Assembly: GCA_964016885.1 (NCBI GenBank)
Contig: OZ024744.1
Location: forward strand, 45,942,001-46,006,000
DNA length: 64,000 bases
Direction: 5' to 3'
Source: Eledone cirrhosa
Taxonomy: Eukaryota
Numbering within the stretch: position 1 is the stretch's first letter; each line of letters opens with the position of its first letter. The notes below the pieces were generated by a model. It saw nothing but the letters and a program-made list of their open reading frames with translations, had not been told where the DNA came from and searched no databases. A program made the translations under genes and the position numbers. Below are positions 1 through 15,600 of the stretch, piece by piece.

Positions 1-317
1 ATGTATACGTGTTTTCAAATGCGTACATACACATATATTTTTTACTATACACATGCAATGTATATGTAGATTTATCTATGCATGTATGTATATATAAAAT
101 ATATATATATGTAGAAGTTATATTTAATTTGTTGGGATACAACAAGCAAATATTTTTATAACTGATATAAAGCACTCAACAAATTTTTGGAGTAAAAATA
201 CAATATATTAACAAATGAAAAGCTCCAGGATAGTTCTATCCGGGAGCTTCCAACCGACATGGTCGCATTCTTTAAGGGTATGTCAATATTTGTTCATAAA
301 ACTGATCTATATTATAT

Positions 318-375
318 TTTATCTGATGAAAGGGCACCATAATTTGCTTTGGTGTCCTTGAAATATGTATAATGA
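318..375 (+). ncRNA. Degenerate minimal type I hammerhead ribozyme motif (Penelope pLTR-like)
   Basis: CTGATGA at 323-329, hairpin agggcacca/tggtgtcct (stem II), GAAA at 360-363, then tatgta; stem I pairing is poor. Confidence 0.45.
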
Positions 376-1040
376 AATAAATATGGTTTTATAAATATAG
401 TTTCCATTTGTTAATATATATATATATATTCCCCTCTTCCGACCAACCCAACCACGGATTACACATATTGGACATCGCTCCCAAGAATCAACCACATCCC
501 AAGGATATTACCCAGCATTCCACCACATCCTCTCCGGAACTACCTTAAGGACTCACCCACTGACATAGACTCAAAACATTTTTTTATTTCCCACACGCCA
601 CCTACAACACGCATAAACACCACACACACGTGCGTACCACCACATATTTACACACTCAGCCTCCGGAATCCTCTCCCCCCACCCCTCTGACCCCTCCCCA
701 TCCACACACCGACCTACACCCCACCCCACACACACCTTTTCCTGAACATGCAACCCCGTTCTTCCCCCAACTCTTACTTTCACATACACACACACACACA
801 CGTACACCTACACACACACACACCACCTTCAGCCCTCCCCGCCTCCCTCTCCCCATTCCACCCGCCACCACCCCTACACGCCCACACCCTTCCACCACCT
901 GTTTTACTTCATGTTTATTTTTATGTTTATTATGCTTTTATATTTAATTTCATTTGTACCGTTTCCTCTCACCCTTTTTTCTATATGTCTCTTCACCACT
1001 CCCCTACACACCCTTGGAACTCTCTTCCCACACACTTTTC

Positions 1041-1072
1041 ACCTGAAGAAGGGCTTATGCCCGAAACGTCGT
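1041..1072 (+). ncRNA. Minimal type I hammerhead ribozyme motif (Penelope-type)
   Basis: CTGAAGA (1043-1049), A, GGGC-ttat-GCCC stem II, GAAA (1063-1066), CGTC with palindromic minimal stem III and GUC site; stem I only ~2 bp. Confidence 0.6.
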
Positions 1073-1158
1073 TCCCCACCACCACCCCACTCCCAAGAGC
1101 GTGAAACTAATAACCCTTTGTTCGTACTGCCTCTGTTTTGTTCCCGTTCAATTTTTTA

Positions 1159-2229
<1,071 letters not shown>

Positions 2230-2470
2230 AAAGGTTTACACATACATAAAGTTATATATGTTGCAACCGGTCACTTTGTGGCTCTATGAAGAATTAATAA
2301 ATTAAATAATCAGAGCAATATATCATAAATCATGTCTATAGAATTATTAGATAAATAAAATATATACCATTTCCTCTGCCAATCTGTTAATTATGCTGAT
2401 AGAACAGAATGAGATAAACAAGACAATGTTAGATAAAATAAAGTCAGTTGTAAGGATATTATACGATATA

Positions 2471-3597
2471 TCATAATCTATAAAGCTGAGTGTGTGGTCA
2501 TGCTCCTTCGTTATAGAAATCTACGATATAGAATTTCTTCAATTGAAATTTACAATTCAGGATTCGAAATAGTTTCGATTTCGTCTTGACGCAGATAATT
2601 TTTTCAATTTCACCCACAATTACGCAAAAAATAGATAAAACTCAATATTTTACGATTTTTCTCTCTCATTTAAACTGCTGAACTCTTTCTACTACCATTC
2701 AAAATCTATACAACTTCATACTTTCTGCTACTTTCTCTTTCCAAGCTTGACGGTGATACTGTCCGTTCACACCACTCCCTACTGTCTTAAATTTAGAAAA
2801 CACATATCCTCTATGAGGTTACTAAACCTGCTAGAAACAGCAGTTAACTCTCCCCCATATCACACCCCTCCCCACACCACTCCCTACTGTCTTAAATTTA
2901 GAAAACATATCTTCTATGAGGTTACTAAACCTGCTAGAAACAGCAGCTAACTCTCCCCCATATCACACCCTCCCCACACCACTCCCTACTGTCTTAAATT
3001 TAGAAAACACATATCCTCTATGAGGTTACTAAACCTGCTAGAAACAGCAGCTAACTCTCCCCCATATCACACCCCTCCCCACACCACTCCTTACTGTCTT
3101 AAATTTAGAAAACATATCTTCTATGAGGTTACTAAACCTGCTAGAAACAGCAGCTAACTCTCCCCCATATCACACCCCTCCCCACACCACTCCCTACTGT
3201 CTTAAATTTAGAAAACACATATCCTCTATGAGGTCACTAAACCTGCTAGAAACAACAGCTAACTCTCCCTCATATCACAACCCTCCCTACTGTCTTAAAT
3301 TTAGAAAACACAGACAACCATGCAGAACAGCTACATCGCAGCTCTGTTGTTCGGCTGGCATCGTCTACGCGCGTATTGCGCAAGTACTGTGAAACAATAA
3401 ATTTCAACACTTTTTTGCACAGAGATAATATCTATAGGAGAAACTACAATTGTCACTGCTGGCGCAGCTCATGCTTCCAGGTCTGCAATTCATTCACCCA
3501 GTGCCTGGCAGACAAAAAAAGTGCTGCCATAAAATGGGTGGTGCACCCTAACTTTGGTAACTTAATGACCCCGAGCAACGCCAGGCTTTAATGCTAG
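2471..3597 (+). mobile_element. Non-autonomous Helitron-like element with internal ~104-bp tandem repeats
   Basis: 5' TC (tcataatctataaagctgagtgtgtg), 3' GC-rich subterminal motif ccccgagcaacgccagg then CTAG|T; second copy at 36225-37028; about 5.5 internal repeats at 2768-3310. Confidence 0.75.
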
Positions 3598-3800
3598 TTT
3601 ATAATATTTTAATATATTTTTCCTGGTCGTCTGCTCCCATTGATAGAGAGAGAAGTGGTGGGAGGTAGCTATAACAACCGTGGTAGCAACATTGAGGTTT
3701 GTTTTTAAAGAAGTGAATACAAGAAAAACAAGCAACAAATTTAATTGACTAAAATTAGTTTAAACATCTAAATCTTAAGAATATTAAATCTCTTAAGCCC

Positions 3801-6010
3801 TTCAAGATGTGTATGACGAGAAAGAAGACGTTTTAGTGTCGTATGACATAGAGGATAACTGGAATTTCTTACGTGACAACTTACTGCTGGCTACTGAAGA
3901 AACTTGTGGCTGGAGCAGAGCTCCGACCAGACAGAGAGTGACCTGGTGGTGGAACAACACGGTAGATAAGGCCATTTGAGACAAAAGACTAGCATGGAAC
4001 GCTTGGAAAAATGGTGGGAGTAGAGACCGATACACAGCTGCTAAGAAAGAAGCTAGACGTTAGGTGTACTTAGCACGCACGGAGGCTGAGAGTAGGAGGT
4101 TTGCCAATGTTCTGCGACGGGAAGATCAGAGGCGTGCGGTGTTCCACATTGCAAGGCAGTGTGTCAGTGCAAATCAGGATGTTGTTGGAGATAAATGTGT
4201 CCGGAATGATGCCGGTGTGCTTAGTGTCACGACTGATCAAAAAAATGAAGCCTGGAAATGTCATTATGAGAGGCTGATGAATGTGGAGAATGAATGGGAG
4301 AGAGGGAAATTATCCCTAGTAGACCCGACAGAGGGACCAGCTATTGAGATTGGCGAATATAGTGTACAAGAGGCAATTAAAGAAATGAAGAATGGCAAGG
4401 CTACTGGACTCTCGGGGATAGTTGCTGAGATGCTGAAGGCATCAGAAGTAGACACTAAACTGGTTGCACGCATCAACCAAGCTATATATGGTGGTGTCAT
4501 ACCCAAAGACTGTTGCAGCAGTATTCTCATAAATTAGTACAAAGGTAAAGGGGATGCTCTGGAGAGGAGCAATTATATGGGCATAAAACTGATGGATCAG
4601 GTTATGAAAGTGGCAGAGAGAATATTAGTGCAACTGATTAGAGAAAGGGTCAAATTAGATGAGATGCAGTTTGGTTTTGTGCCTCAGAAAAGTACAACAG
4701 ATGCCCTCTTCTTAGTGAGACAATTATAAGACAGGCTCTTAGAGAAGAATAAGCCACTATACTTAGCTTTTGTTGACCTAGAGAAGGCTTTTGATAGGGT
4801 ACCCCGATCTGTCATCTGGTGGTTCCTAAGGAAACTAGGTGCAGAGGAATGGCTTGTGAGGACAGTGCAAACTTTGTACAGAGGTGCTGTCAGTAAAGTG
4901 AGGGTAGGAATGGAGTTTAGGGAGGAATTACAGATACAAGTAGAAGTACATCAGGGTTTGGTCCTCAGCCCACTCTTGTTCATTATAGTCCTCCAAGCCA
5001 TAACAGAGGAGTTTAAGACTGCTGTTCATGGGAACTTCTCTATGCTGACGATCTGGTTCTTATAGCAGAATCAGTAGAGGAGCTAGAGAATAAATTCTGG
5101 CTATGGAAACAGCAGTTGGAAGCAAGAGGACTGAGAATGAACATAACTAAAACAAAAGTAGAAAAGAGTACAAAACTCTGATTCCATCAGGGAAATGGCC
5201 ATGTTCGATATGCAGAAAAGGAACTGGCATACATTCTATAAAATGTACACAATTCAGATCTTGGGTACACAAAAGATGTAGTGGAATAGCAGGCAAACTA
5301 ACAGGTAGGGAGAAATACGTATACAGTAGATGTACAGGGAAATTAGACAGTAGAAGTCGCATTGATAGACACATTTTTAAAATGCTGGTGGGTGCTATAG
5401 AAGTGGTTGATAGCTTCCGGTACCTAGATCAGATTAGCATGGATGGGGGGGGGGGGTTCCGAGGCCATAGTATCTAGAATAAGGACAGGTTGGAAGAAGT
5501 TTAGGGAGCTGCTGACGAAGAAGGGTTTCTCCCTGCGTACGAAAGGCTGATTATATGATGCCTGTGTGAGGAGCGCGATGCTGCATGGTAGTGAGACATG
5601 GGCAGCAACTGCAGAGGATATGCGGCAAGCATGCTCTGTTGGATGTGCAATGTCAATGTGTGTGAATGACCCAGCATGGATGTGTTGAGAGAGAAACTGT
5701 GTCTGAGAGGGATAGAATATAGTGTGCGAGAGAGTAGACTGTGGTGGTATGGACATGTGATGCGCATGGAGGATGACCGATGGGTGAAGAAGTGCCAGGA
5801 AATGCCACTTGAAGGAAGACGTGATAGAGGTAGACCACGAAAAACATGGGCGGAGGTGGTGAGAACAGACCTCAGATTGCTGAAGCTCACGGTGGAGATG
5901 ACGAAGAACCGTGACAAGTGGAGAGATGCTGGGCTGAATAAGAGCCGTTTCTACCCTTGCAAGCAGGGAAAAGTGGACGTAAAATGATGATGATGATGAT
6001 GATGATGATA
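3801..6010 (+). mobile_element. 5'-truncated, degenerate RTE-clade LINE (subfamily A)
   Basis: Disrupted RT frames ([22 protein letters not shown]), C-terminal GRPRKTW, (TGA)n tail. Confidence 0.9.
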
Positions 6011-6034
6011 TATATATACATATATATACATATA

Positions 6035-6395
6035 TCAGGTCATGAAAGTAACAGAAAGAGTTATAGCACAGTTGATTAGGGACCAGGTGAAATTAGATGA
6101 GATGCAAATTGGGTTTGTGCCAGGAAGAGGGACACTGATGCCCTCTTCCTTGTGAGGCAATTACAGGAAAAGTACCTAGCTAAAAGTAAGCCACTCTACC
6201 TGGCATTCGTCGATCTCGAGAAAGCCTTTGACAGAGTTCCTCGTGCTATAATCTGGTGGGCTCTTAGAAAACTAGGAGTAGATGAATGGTTTGTGAAAGC
6301 TGTACAAGCCATGTATAGGGGAGCAGTCAGCAAAGTTAGGATTTGCAATGAGTATAGCGAGGAATTTAGCGTACAGATTGGTGTCCACCAGAGAT
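6035..6395 (+). mobile_element. RTE LINE RT fragment (same subfamily as the 12.7-16.4 kb element)
   Basis: Closely matches ~14685-15040; encodes [30 protein letters not shown]. Confidence 0.88.
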
Positions 6396-6397
6396 AA

Positions 6398-8032
<1,635 letters not shown>

Positions 8033-8996
8033 TTATTCTTGTCTTATTTTATATGTTATATTCCTGAAGATAGTACTTCTGCTATATTTCCAACAACTGA
8101 TTCAAAATCATCTTGTAAATATTTCAGATGGTGACAAAACAATATTTTTCCAAGAAACACAGTTCTGAGGAAATATTGCACAGTAATCCTGCCACAGATT
8201 TATATAAACAGTGTTATATGAGTTCTGTATCAAAAGCTTTAGTCTTGAAATGATGATAAATAGAGGGGATGTATTCAAGATTAAAAAGTAAATATATTCC
8301 AATGTCATCATATATGCTGAAATAAGAAAGAAAGAAACAGTATGAGATAATAGAGAATACTTTAGAAGCAGAGATAGATTTAACATTGGAAATGTATATT
8401 TCTATATTGATAATCTGTAGATATCAACTTTCCTGTCCAGAGTAATTCTCCCCAATGTAAGCAGTAGTATTCCAGCATGCCCTATAAATTATATTCTTCT
8501 AACTCGTGGGAGGTCTGCCCTATAGCCTTTACCCAGGAACTTCATTCTTATATGACATTCTAACATGGAAATTGTCTGAGAACTGAGATGTGTAACTTGA
8601 CAGTTCCTTGAGTAACAGTTCTTTCTACCTGGAAGGGAAAAATGCTGTGCAATTGCTCGATAACAATCAAAGGATTCTCACACATGGCTACCCTAGGCAC
8701 CCCAATAACATGACTTGTGTTAGTCCTGTAGACAGAATTAGTGGGAAATTTATTTGCAGGGCTTTCCATAATTTTGGCGTTTTTGTTCTATTCTGGTTGG
8801 ATGCCCTTCCTCTCATCAACCCCTTTACAGCAAGGACTGGGTGTATTGTTCGTGGCACTAGAGAGGTTTTTTTACTGGACTTAAGAGCTCTCTACTCTGT
8901 ATCAGTTTCTATTTCGAGTGTCTACAATGATGATGATATATATACATATATATGTACAAATATATATATACACATATATATATACATATATATATA

Positions 8997-9248
8997 CCTG
9001 CAGATGTACCCGGCATTGCTCGGGAAATTAATGACAACCTGAAATGTTTAAGGTCGTTTATGGCTTAGCTAGCAATTTCTGAGTGCATGTCAGCTAATTG
9101 GCTAGCCAATGAGAGGTCGCCTCAATAGCACGTGCCAAATCGGCCTAGTACTTCAAAAGTTAAAAGGAGCCTAGTATTTGTACATAGACAGACAGACAGA
9201 CACACACACAGACACACACAGAGACCAACTTGCTTTTATATATATATA
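8997..9248 (-). mobile_element. Short non-autonomous Helitron-like element
   Basis: Reverse complement ends ...cccgagcaatgccggg...; the paralog at 56178 keeps CTAG; (GTCT)n/(GT)n near the 5' end. Confidence 0.6.
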
Positions 9249-9253
9249 CACTT

Positions 9254-11425
9254 AAAAGAAGACGTTTTAGAGACGTATGACATAGATAATAACTGGAATT
9301 TCTTACGTGACAACTTACTGCAGATTACTGATGAAACTTGTGTCTGGAGCAGAGCTCCGACCAGACAGAGAGTGACCTGGTGGTGGAACAGTACAGTAGA
9401 TAAGGCCATTAGAGACAAAGACTAGCATGGAAGGCTTGGAAAAAGGGTGGGAGTAGAGACCGATACACAGCAGCTAAGAGAGAAGCTGTACTTAGCACGC
9501 ACGGAGGCTGAGAGTAGGAGGTTTGCCAATGTTCAGCGACGGGAAGATCAGAGGCGTGCAGTGTTCCACATTGCAAGGCAGTGTGTCAATGCAAATCAGG
9601 ATGTTGTTGGAGATAAATGTGTCCGGAATGATGCCGGTGTACTTAGTGTCACGAATGATTGGAAAAAGGAGGCCTGGAAATGTCATTATGAGAGACTGAT
9701 GAATGTGGAGAACGAATGGGAGAGAGAGAAATTACCCTCAGTAGATCTGACAGAGGAACCAGCTATTGAGATTGACGAATATAGGGTCCAAGAGGCGATT
9801 AAGGAAATGAAGAATGGTAAGGCTGCTGGACCATCGGGAATAATTGCTGAGATGCTGAAAGCATCAGGGGACGTAGGCACTAAACTGGTTGCACGCATCA
9901 TCAATAAGGCTATATATGGTGGTGTCATACTCAAAGACTGGTGCAGCAGTATTCTCATAAATTGGTACAAAGGTAAAGGGGATGCTCTGGAGAGGAGCAA
10001 TTATAGGGGTATAAAACTGATGGATCAGGTTATGAAAGTGGCCGAAAGGATATTAGCACAACTAATTAGAGAAAGGGTCAAACTAGATGAGATGAAGTTT
10101 TGTTTTGTGCCTGGGTAGAGTACAACAGATGCCGTCTTCTTGATGAGACAATTGCAAGAGAGGTTCTTAGAGAACAATAAGCCACTATACTTAGCCTTTG
10201 TTGACCTAGAGAAAGCCTTTGATAGGGTACCCCGATCTGTCATCTGATGGTCCCTAAGGAAACTAGATATAGAGGAATGGCTTGTGAAGACAGTGCAAGA
10301 TTTGTACAGGGGTGCTGTCAGTAAAGTCAGGGTAGGAATGGAGTTTAGTGAGGAATTCCAGATACAAGTAGGAGTATATCAAGGTTCGGTCCTCAGCCCG
10401 CTCTTGTTCATTATAGTCCTCCAAGCCATAACAGAGGAGTTTAAGACTCTGGTTCTTATAGCAGAATCAGTAGAGGAGCTAGAGAATAATTCTGGCTATG
10501 GAAACAGCAGTTGGAAGCAAGAGGACTGAGAGTGAACCTAGCTAAGACAAAAGTGTTGATGAGTAGAAAAGAGGACAAAACTCTGATTCCGTAAGGGAAA
10601 TGGCCATGTTCGATATGAGGAAAAGGAACTGGCATAAATTCTATAAAATGCACACAATGTAGATCCTGGGTACACAAGAGATGTAGCAGGCAAACTAACC
10701 GATAGGAAGAAATATGTATGCAGTAAATGTACAGGGAAATTAGACAGTAGAAGTCGCATTGATAGACAGATTTTTCAAATGCAGGCGGGTGCTATAGAAG
10801 TGGTGGATAGCTTCCAGTACCTAGGAGATCAGATTAGCATGGGAGGGGAGTGTTCTGAGGCCATAGTATCTAGAATAAGGACGGGTTGGAAGAAGTTTAG
10901 GGAGCTGCTTCCTCTGCTGACGAAGAAGGGTTTCTCCCTGCGTACGAAAGGCCGGTTATATGATGCCTGTGTGAGGAAAGCGATGCTGCATGGTAGTGAG
11001 ACATGGGCAGCAACTGCAGAGGATATGCAAAAACTGGAGAGAAATGAGGTAAGCATGCTCCGTTGGATGTTCAGTGTTAATGTGCGTAAATGACCCAGCA
11101 TGAATGTGTTGATAGAGAAACTGTGTCTGAGAGGGATAGAATGTAGTGTGTGAGAGAGGAGACTGAGGTGGTATGGACATGTGATGCGCATGGTGGATGA
11201 CCGATGGGTGAAGAAGTGCCAGGAAATACCAGTTGAAGGAAGACGTGGTAGAGATAGACAAAAATCAAGGGCGGAGGTGGTGAGAACAGACCTCAGATCA
11301 CTGAAGCTCACAGTGGAGATGACGAAGGACCGTGACAAGTAGAGAGATGCTGTGCTGAATAAGACCCGTCCCACCCTTGCAAGCAGGGAAGAGCGGACAT
11401 AAAATGATGATGATGATGATGATGA
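9254..11425 (+). mobile_element. 5'-truncated degenerate RTE LINE (subfamily A)
   Basis: ORF pieces 9447-10118, 10284-10529, 10779-11093; (TGA)n tail. Confidence 0.9.
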
Positions 11426-11434
11426 TATACACAT

Positions 11435-11740
11435 GGAGGCACATGGCTTAGTGGTTTCAGCATTGGCCTTGCAATCGAAAGGTTGTGAGTTCAATTCTCA
11501 GACCGGGTGATGTGTTGTTTCCTTGAGCAAGACACTTTATTTCACATTGCTCCAGTTTACTCAGTTGTAGAAATGAGATGCTAGGGACTGGAGTCCCTAC
11601 CATTCCACTGCAAAGCGGACGTGTAGGCGCCACGGAAAAAAAGCCCCCAGCACCCAGCTGTAGCAATGAAGCCAGAATCAGTTCCCGTCCCACCCCTGCA
11701 AGCAGGAAAAAGCGGACGTGTATTGATGATGATGATGATG
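11435..11740 (+). mobile_element. tRNA-derived SINE with RTE-derived 3' tail
   Basis: A box TGGCTTAGTGG, B box GAGTTCAATTC, 3' end cccgtcccacccctgcaagcagg...ggacgt plus (TGA)n shared with the adjacent RTE. Confidence 0.85.
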
Positions 11741-11968
11741 AAATACATATATATATACATATATATATACACATATATATAAATATACATATATATGTGT
11801 ACAAATATATATATATATATATATATATACACAAATACATTATATATATATACATACACAAATACATATATATATACACAAATACATATATATATACACA
11901 AATACATATATATATATGTACATACATATATATATATACACATTATATATATATATACACATTATATA

Positions 11969-12048
<80 letters not shown>

Positions 12049-12170
12049 CACAAATACATATATATATATATACACAAATACATATATATATATATACACA
12101 AATACATATATATATATATATGTACATACATATATATATACACATTATATATATATATACACATTATATA

Positions 12171-12228
<58 letters not shown>

Positions 12229-12305
12229 CACATTATATATCTATATATATACATATATACATATATACATTATATATATATATATACAGATTATATATAT
12301 ATATA
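11741..12305. repeat. (TA)n-rich microsatellite
   Basis: Direct observation. Confidence 0.95.
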
Positions 12306-12556
12306 TCATTTAAATTATTGATGTATTGTTTTATTGATATTTTTTATCTGTTTGTCCCGAATCTTCTATTATCGATTTTTTATCGTATGGTTGATTGTAG
12401 ACTTGTTCTATGTGTGACGGTATTTTAACGATAGTTATAGCTCTGATTCATCTGAATTATTGAGCCCTCTGCCGCTCATTTCGAATATTGTTTATCGTGA
12501 ACTCGTGCGCCGATTTTTCGATACTCGATCTTTCTAATATATATATATATATACAG

Positions 12557-12587
<31 letters not shown>

Positions 12588-12594
<7 letters not shown>

Positions 12595-12685
12595 TAGAAT
12601 ACCGCATGGTAAATATCCAAGTTAATACTAATTTTACTGATGTAGTATTAACTTGGATATTTACCATGCGGTATTCTAATTCTAT
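12588..12685. repeat. Perfect 43-bp inverted repeat (hairpin)
   Basis: Arms 12588-12630 and 12643-12685, 12-nt loop. Confidence 0.9.
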
Positions 12686-12699
12686 TGTATCTCTCTCAG

Positions 12700-15600
12700 T
12701 TATTTACCATGTGACCCTCAGTTCCTACCTCACAAGTTCCCTCCCCCCACCCTCACACACGACCATAGTCTATTCGACCAATCAAACCTAGCATGCCATT
12801 TCCACTGCTGCTGCTACTACCTGCCTAACTAACTCTCTCCTCCTCTGGCGCATCCCAACACACCCTGCCATTACCCCACCACCACTGTTCTTCTAGCCCT
12901 CAATTTTCCCACCGTTATGGATGGATGAGCTGAGAATACATTTGAGCAACTCTGAATCAATAGATGAAATATGAATCTGCGAGCTACCAAGCACCCACGT
13001 GAAGCGCCAACCCAGAGACTCTCCCCTACGAGTGTCGACAAATGCCCCAAACTCCGAGTTGGTACCATCAATGTAGGCTCAATGAAAGGAAGAGCAGGAG
13101 AAATCGTAGAAATGCTAGAGCGAAAGGAAGTTGATGTATGCTGTGTGCAAGAGACTAGATGGAGAGGAGGGTCTGCTAGAGTCCTTGTAGGAAAAAGCCA
13201 GTGCTACAAATTTTTCTGGGTGGGAAATGACGATGGGATGGGTGGTGTAGGTATACTATTAGCTGACAAGTGGGTAGATAAAGTAATCTCAGTGTACAGG
13301 GTAAATGCAAGAATCATTAAACTCAGACTAGTCCTGAATAAGACAATTACCACAATAATATCAGCTTACGCACCTCAATCGGGGCTGCCAGACGAACTTA
13401 AGGATAGGTTTTACGAGTCCATAATACACACTACTGCTCTAACAGACGACAAGGACTTCCTAATCATTGCAGGAGATTTTAACGGACACGTAGGTAAACA
13501 CTGTGACGGCTTCAATAGAGTACATGGAGGCCATGGAGTTTGCACAAGGAATGAGGAAGGATTCAGACTTCTAGAATTCTGCGACGCCAATGACATGTCG
13601 ATATGTAACACAAACTTTAAAAAACCCGACAACCACCTGATCACCTATAGATCAGGGGAGCACTCTAGTCAGTTAGATTTTATCCTCATCAGAGGACGTG
13701 ACAGATGGACGGCCGTAAACACAAAAGCCTTCCCTAGTGAGGAATGTACATCCCAACATAGCTTAGTTGTCAGCGACCTCACGGTCAGAACTAGACGAAC
13801 CCGGAAACAGAGGCCAACCTGGAGAAAAAAGATCTGGAAGCTGAAAGTCCCCTCAACCAGTAACAGATTTAAAGATATTTTACTCAACGCCTACGACAGT
13901 AAAGAAGAACAGATAGAGACATTTAACGTAGAAGAGAACTGGGAGATCCTAAAAAATAACTTACTAGAGGCGACGGATGAGGTTTGTGGCTGGAGTAAGA
14001 CCTCAAGCAGGAGGAGAGTGACTTGGTGGTGGAACAATAAGGTAGATGAAGCAGTCAAGGCCAAGAGACAGGCATGGAAAGAATGGAAGAACGGGGGGAG
14101 CAGGGTACATTACATAGAGACCAAGAGGGAAGCTAGGCGACAAGTATACTTAGCTAGGAGGGAAGCAGAAGATAGAAAATTCAAGCATGTTTTACAACGT
14201 GAGGACCAGAAACAGGAGGTATTCAAGATTGCGAGGCAGTGTGTCAGAGATAGTTGTGATGTCATTGGAGAGAAGTGTATCCGGAATGATAAAGGTGAGC
14301 TTGCCCTCACAAGTGCTGAGAAGAAAGATGCATGGCAGAGTCATTATGATAGATTACTAAATGAGGAGAATGCATGGGAAGAAGAGACCCTACCCCATGT
14401 AGACCCTATAGAGGGACCAGCAGTACAAGTCAGCGGCAGCGTAGTAAGTAAGGCAATCAGAGATATGAAGATGGGGAAGGCAACCGGTCCATCGGGTATA
14501 GCTGCCGAGATGCTGAAGGCATCTGGGTCTGTAGGTCACACTATAACCACACGTATCGTTAACCAGGTAATACTAGAAGGGGCCATACCAAAAGATTGGT
14601 GCAGTAGCATCATTGTCAACTGCTACAAAGGTAAAGGCGATGCACTAGATAGAGGAAACTATAGAGGTATAAAGTTGATGGACCAGGTCATGAAAGTAAC
14701 AGAAAGAGTTATAGCACAGCTGATTAGGGACCGGGTGAATATAGACGAGATGCAATTTGGGTTTGTACCAGGGAGAGGCACCACTGATGCCCTCTTCCTT
14801 GTGAGGCAATTACAGGAAAAGTACCTAGCTAAAAGTAAGCCACTCTACTTGGCATTTGTCGACCTTGAGAAAGCCTTTGACAGAGTTCCACGTGCAGTAA
14901 TCTGGTGGGCTCTTAGAAAACTAGGAGTAGATGAATGGCTTGTGAAAGCGGTACAAGCCATGTATAGGGGAGCAGTCAGCAAAGTTAGGATTAGCAATGA
15001 GTATAGCGAGGAATTTAGCATACAGGTTGGGGTCCACCAGGGTTCTGTTCTTAGCCCTCTCCTGTTCATCATAGTCCTGCAGGCAATAACGGAGGAGTTT
15101 AAGACCGGATGCCCATGGGAACTCCTGTATGCTGATGACCTCGCACTCATAGCTGAATCTATGGTAGAACTAGAGAATAAATTCCAAACCTGGAAGCAGG
15201 GACTAGAGAGAAAGGGCCTCAAAGTCAACATGACAAAGACTAAGGTCCTTGTAAGTAGACGAGAAAACAGAACCCAGATCCCCTCAGGGAAATGGCCTTG
15301 CTCAGTATGTAGGAAAGGTGTAGGTAGGAACTCCATTCTCTGCCCCAAATGCAAACAATGGGTACACAAGAGATGTAGCGGGATCTCAGGAAGCTTAATT
15401 AAGAATGTAGGATTCACATGCAGCAGCTGTGCTGAACACAGCAAGCAAACAGCCACAGGAAACAAGTACCACCAATCTCTGGGAGGGCCCTGTAGAAACA
15501 GTAGACAGCTTCTGCTACCTAGGTGACCGAATTAGCAACGGAGGTGGGTGCTCAGAAAGTACAATAACTAGGGTAAGAACGGGATGGAAGAAGTTTAGGG

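Noticed and set aside
571-1104. Pro/His/Thr-rich ORFs
   Set aside because: C/A-rich low-complexity sequence with no recognisable domain
11435-11510. tRNA-like sequence with A and B boxes
   Set aside because: It continues into a SINE body and RTE tail and has no complete cloverleaf; a SINE head, not a tRNA gene
12440-12500. Possible minus-strand hammerhead (GAAA-tgagc/gctca)
   Set aside because: No CUGANGA core and no correctly placed UH site
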